A stretch of 64,000 nucleotides of DNA from NCBI GenBank assembly GCA_002780005.1, contig PEWV01000071.1:2188-66187 (forward strand). Direction: 5' to 3'. The position numbers and the translations under genes are program-made. The notes under the pieces were generated by a model. That model saw only the letters and a list, made by a program, of their open reading frames with translations, ran no database searches and was not told the origin of the DNA. The DNA is from Candidatus Aquitaenariimonas noxiae. Its GTDB lineage: Bacteria > Omnitrophota > Gorgyraeia > Aquitaenariimonadales > Aquitaenariimonadaceae. Each line of letters opens with the position of its first letter. Position 1 is the stretch's first letter. Positions 58,751 through 64,000 of the stretch are shown here, one piece after another.

Positions 58751-59992
58751 TTGAAAGCGATAGATAGTATCTTAAAACATTCTATATTTATGATCATAGC
58801 CACGGCTTTGGTTAACATCTTTAACCTTCTCTATCAGCTATTTATGGTGAGAAATCTAGATGCAACAAGCTACGGCATATTGAACTCAATCTTCGCCATA
58901 ATTATGATACTAGGCATACCGGCATTAACCATTCAAATGTCTGTAACAAATTTTGTATCCCGGTATAACGCTAGCGGACAATTTGGAAGCATAAAAGCCA
59001 TTGCTGCAAAATTACTTAAAAGAATGACTATCTTTGGCGGCTTGTTATTTCTAGTAATATTGATTTTTAGCGGCTCAATTTCGGATTATCTCAAGCTGCC
59101 GACTATTACTCCAGTTATAGTAATGGCCCTGGTAATATTCCTATCAATGATCTTGCCTGTTCTTTTCGGTATGCTTCAAGGACTTCAAAAATTTGTCGCA
59201 TTAGGGGTCAATTATATATTAGTTTCTGCAGCTAAATTAGTTTTAGGTGTTATTTTTATTTCAATGGGTTTTGGTGCCACAGGGGCCTTGGGCGCGCTGG
59301 GCACTGCCAGCATGATCATTATTTTCACGGCGCTATATTCGCTAAAAAACATATTTGATAGACACATTGAAGAGGACAAATTTAATCTTGTAGGGCTCTA
59401 TAAATATCTTATTCCCGTAGGCCTTAGCCAACTCTGTTTTATGGTGCTAACACATTTACACATAGTTTTAGTAAAACATTTTTTTAGCCCGGAAGAAGCT
59501 GGAGTTTATTCCGTAGCCTCCATGACAGGGAGAATGATCTTATTCCTGCCTGCCGCAATAGGAATTGTTATGTTCCCAAAAAGCTCGCATCGCCATGCCA
59601 CAAAAAGCTCTTCGCTTGATATATTGAAAAAATCTCTTTTATTAACCGCGATTATATGTATCTTTGCATCTGCGTTAGCCATATTATTCCCCAATATGCT
59701 GATACGGCTATTTTCCGTAAAAAATGCTCCTATGTTTACGCCACTATCGAACCTTTTTGCGATAAGCATGATATTTTTCGCTTTATTAAACATCGTAATT
59801 TTTCATAACCTTGCCACGCAAAATCTATTATTTCTGTCATCGCTTGCACTGATCACTATTTTGCAAATAGTGGGTATATTGCTATTTCATGCAAATTTAT
59901 TTCAAGTACTATACGTAGTGTGTTTAAGCGGCATATCAGTTCTTCTCTTAAGCTTAACTACGATAAAATATAAGGCCGAGTATGCGCAATAA
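58751..59992 (+). CDS. Oligosaccharide flippase (Wzx-type, second copy)
   Basis: 413 aa with about 12 TM helices and a Wzx-like N-terminus. Apparent TTG start. Confidence 0.55.
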   Translation: MKAIDSILKHSIFMIIATALVNIFNLLYQLFMVRNLDATSYGILNSIFAIIMILGIPALTIQMSVTNFVSRYNASGQFGSIKAIAAKLLKRMTIFGGLLFLVILIFSGSISDYLKLPTITPVIVMALVIFLSMILPVLFGMLQGLQKFVALGVNYILVSAAKLVLGVIFISMGFGATGALGALGTASMIIIFTALYSLKNIFDRHIEEDKFNLVGLYKYLIPVGLSQLCFMVLTHLHIVLVKHFFSPEEAGVYSVASMTGRMILFLPAAIGIVMFPKSSHRHATKSSSLDILKKSLLLTAIICIFASALAILFPNMLIRLFSVKNAPMFTPLSNLFAISMIFFALLNIVIFHNLATQNLLFLSSLALITILQIVGILLFHANLFQVLYVVCLSGISVLLLSLTTIKYKAEYAQ

Positions 59993-60728
59993 TATCAGCA
60001 AGATCTCGGTGTTAATACCCGCGTATAACGAAGAAGCGCATATCGCACTGTGCATCGAGGAAACCGTAAATGCGTTTCTCGAATTCGGATATCAATTCGA
60101 GATCATAGTAATTGATGATGGGAGCGTTGATGACACATATAAAAAAGCCATCGAAAAGAGCGGGTATTATAAGAATGTTTTTGTGAAGAGAAATATAGTA
60201 AACTTTGGAAAGGGGAGGGCCTTAAAAAAAGGTTTTCGCTATACTACGGGCGATTATATCGTTTTCCTGGATGCCGATCTTGACCTGCACCCTAGTCAGG
60301 TCAAAATTTTTATTGATTATATGCTGCAAAATAATAATGATGTTATCATAGGCTCAAAAAGGCATCCCGAATCGGAAATCGAATACCCGCCGCACAGAAT
60401 GATAGTTAGTCTGGTATATTTTATTTTGGTAAAGCTTCTTTTCGGCCTCAGCATTCATGATACGCAAACAGGGCTTAAATTTTTTAAACGGGAAGTTCTT
60501 AAAAAAGTATTCCCAAAAGTTTTAGTTAAAAAATTCGCTTACGACTTAGAACTTTTAGTGCTTGCCAATCACTATGGCTATAAAATTGCAGAGGCGCCTG
60601 TGAAATTAGGTTTTCAAAGAATGTTGGGTTCTAGGATAGGTTTTAATGCTATTTGGAGCACGTGGTGGGATACAATGGCTGTCTTTTACAGGCTTTATAT
60701 ATTACGATATTATGACAAAGTGCAATAG
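59982..60728 (+). CDS. GT2 polyprenyl-phosphate glycosyltransferase (ArnC/GtrB/Dpm1-like)
   Basis: ISVLIPAYNEE, IIVIDDGSVDDT and FLDADLDLHP DxD region. 248-aa size typical of Dpm1/ArnC-type GT2. Confidence 0.75.
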   Translation: MRNNISKISVLIPAYNEEAHIALCIEETVNAFLEFGYQFEIIVIDDGSVDDTYKKAIEKSGYYKNVFVKRNIVNFGKGRALKKGFRYTTGDYIVFLDADLDLHPSQVKIFIDYMLQNNNDVIIGSKRHPESEIEYPPHRMIVSLVYFILVKLLFGLSIHDTQTGLKFFKREVLKKVFPKVLVKKFAYDLELLVLANHYGYKIAEAPVKLGFQRMLGSRIGFNAIWSTWWDTMAVFYRLYILRYYDKVQ

Positions 60729-61689
60729 AAAAGTTTCAATCATAATTCCATTACATAATTTGTGTGACAGATTCAAAAAAGATTTTGCTCATTTTTTGAA
60801 TTTAGATTACCCGGATTATGAAATTATATCTGTTTACGATAACAGAATAAGCTTTCAACACGAAAGGGTAATATCCATAACTACAAAAAAAGAAAATACA
60901 AGCCCGGCTGAAAAAAGAGATCTGGCGATAAAGGCGGCGAGGGGAGAAATTTGCGCATTTATAGACGATGACGCGTACCCTGACAAAGATTGGGTCAAGA
61001 ACGCCGTTAAATACTTCGATGATGAAAAAGTTGGAGCTGTCGGAGGCCCCGGTCTTACACCTCCTGAAGATAAATTTTTAATGAAGGCTGGCGGGTTATG
61101 TTATGAATCCTTTTTGGGAAGCGGGCCTAATCGATATCGCTTTGTCAAAGGCAAAAGCCGGATAGTCGATGATTTTCCAGCATATAACCTTTTTGTCAGA
61201 AAATCTGTGCTTGATCAGATAGGCGGGTTTGGCAGCCCTTTTTATGGAGGAGAAGATACGAAATTGTGCGGGGAGATTGTAAAATTTAATAAAAATATTG
61301 TCTATAGGCCTGATGTTATCGTATATCATCATAGGCGTCCTTTATTTAGGGCGCACCTGCGGCAAATAGGCAATGTTGGCCTGCATAGAGGTTACTTCGT
61401 AAAAAAATATCCAAAAACTTCTAGGAAGCTCGCCTATTTCTTGCCGACATTTTTTGCAATATATTTTTTTATAAGCATGCTATTGTTTATATCACTAAAA
61501 GTCGCTTTAATTTTTATTATTCCTGTTATTCCTATGGTATTATTCTTTATTTTTTCATTTGCGGACTGTCTGCGCCTAAGCAAAAGCGTGAGCATGGCAT
61601 TTGTGGCGGTGTGCGGCATTTCTTTGATGCACATTGTTTATGGAATAAGTTTCGTGAAGGGCCTTTTAACAAAAGATTTAAAGGTATAA
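60712..61689 (+). CDS. Glycosyltransferase family 2 with C-terminal TM helices
   Basis: VSIIIPLHN .. AFIDDDAYPDKDW DxD motif. Two C-terminal hydrophobic helices. ATG at 60712 preferred over the track start 60646. Confidence 0.7.
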   Translation: MTKCNRKVSIIIPLHNLCDRFKKDFAHFLNLDYPDYEIISVYDNRISFQHERVISITTKKENTSPAEKRDLAIKAARGEICAFIDDDAYPDKDWVKNAVKYFDDEKVGAVGGPGLTPPEDKFLMKAGGLCYESFLGSGPNRYRFVKGKSRIVDDFPAYNLFVRKSVLDQIGGFGSPFYGGEDTKLCGEIVKFNKNIVYRPDVIVYHHRRPLFRAHLRQIGNVGLHRGYFVKKYPKTSRKLAYFLPTFFAIYFFISMLLFISLKVALIFIIPVIPMVLFFIFSFADCLRLSKSVSMAFVAVCGISLMHIVYGISFVKGLLTKDLKV

Positions 61690-61692
61690 AAT

Positions 61693-63673
<1,981 letters not shown>

Positions 63674-63696
63674 AAAAAATATTCTCATATTATTGA

Positions 63697-64000
63697 ATGA
63701 CGGAATGCGGAAGGATTTTTTGTCCATTTATGGCTACCCTTTTAAGACTGCGCCCTATTTACAAGAGCTGCTTAAAAACGCATATGTTTTTTCATCTGCC
63801 CGCAGTACCTCTTCATGGACAGGGACCGCTGTGGCTTCGTTGATGTCTGGATTGTGCCCTTCTGACCATGGACATTTTCGCCAATTCCAGGTTTATTCCG
63901 GGCCCATGCGGATAAACGAGGATAAAAACTATTATAATTTTTGCATCTCAGGCAATCCATGGCTTGATGGAAAGTTCGGCTTTGCAAGAGGTTGGGATGA
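63697..64000 (+). CDS. Sulfatase/alkaline-phosphatase-superfamily protein, 3' end truncated by the window edge
   Basis: N-terminal segment NAYVFSSARSTSSWTGTAVASLMSGLCPSDHG resembles the sulfatase N-terminal metal-site region (F.NAY..SP.CSPSRA.LLTG..P..HG). Continues beyond the window. Confidence 0.4.

Overview
AT-rich bacterial chromosomal segment from a diderm organism (LptD is present). All roughly 56 predicted genes lie on the + strand; every minus-strand ORF in the track is a short antisense ORF embedded in a + strand gene. The first ~19 kb is housekeeping: a 5'-truncated class II Fic protein, miaB, a TPR/SPOR protein, miaA, hflX, a textbook sigma70 promoter followed by a perfect CIRCE operator controlling hrcA-grpE-dnaK-dnaJ, a DUF1015 protein paired with a stand-alone cobalamin-binding (corrinoid) protein, accD, two tandem GAF-GGDEF diguanylate cyclases, a ROK kinase and lptD. 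From ~19.3 kb to the window end (>44 kb, continuing beyond) there is one co-directional, translationally coupled surface-glycan biosynthesis cluster. It encodes ugd, rmlCABD (dTDP-rhamnose) and gmd/fcl (GDP-fucose). It encodes a WbpA/WbpB/WbpE/WbpD-type pathway for UDP-2,3-diacetamido-glucuronate, with WbpB and WbpD fused into one protein. It encodes an Arn-like aminopentose module (UDP-GlcA decarboxylase, ArnB-like aminotransferase, ArnC-like GT2, ArnD-like domain). It also encodes three DegT aminotransferases, two AsnB-type amidotransferases, five SAM methyltransferases, hexapeptide acetyltransferases, a radical-SAM/SPASM enzyme, three GT4 and three GT2 transferases, two Wzx flippases, two large polytopic membrane proteins, a WecA-type initiating transferase fused to an O-antigen-ligase (Wzy_C) domain, and a 76-aa LexA-DNA-binding-domain-only regulator preceded by a nested inverted-repeat operator array. 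No rRNA, tRNA, CRISPR array or obvious mobile element was seen. The most unusual items are the two fusions (WecA-ligase, WbpB-WbpD), the radical-SAM/SPASM-centred sugar-modification block, the truncated-LexA regulator with its operator array, the DUF1015-corrinoid pair, and a G8 homopolymer inside a glycan gene that could drive phase variation. No computation or search could be run, so every call rests on motif recognition in the supplied translations and sequence.
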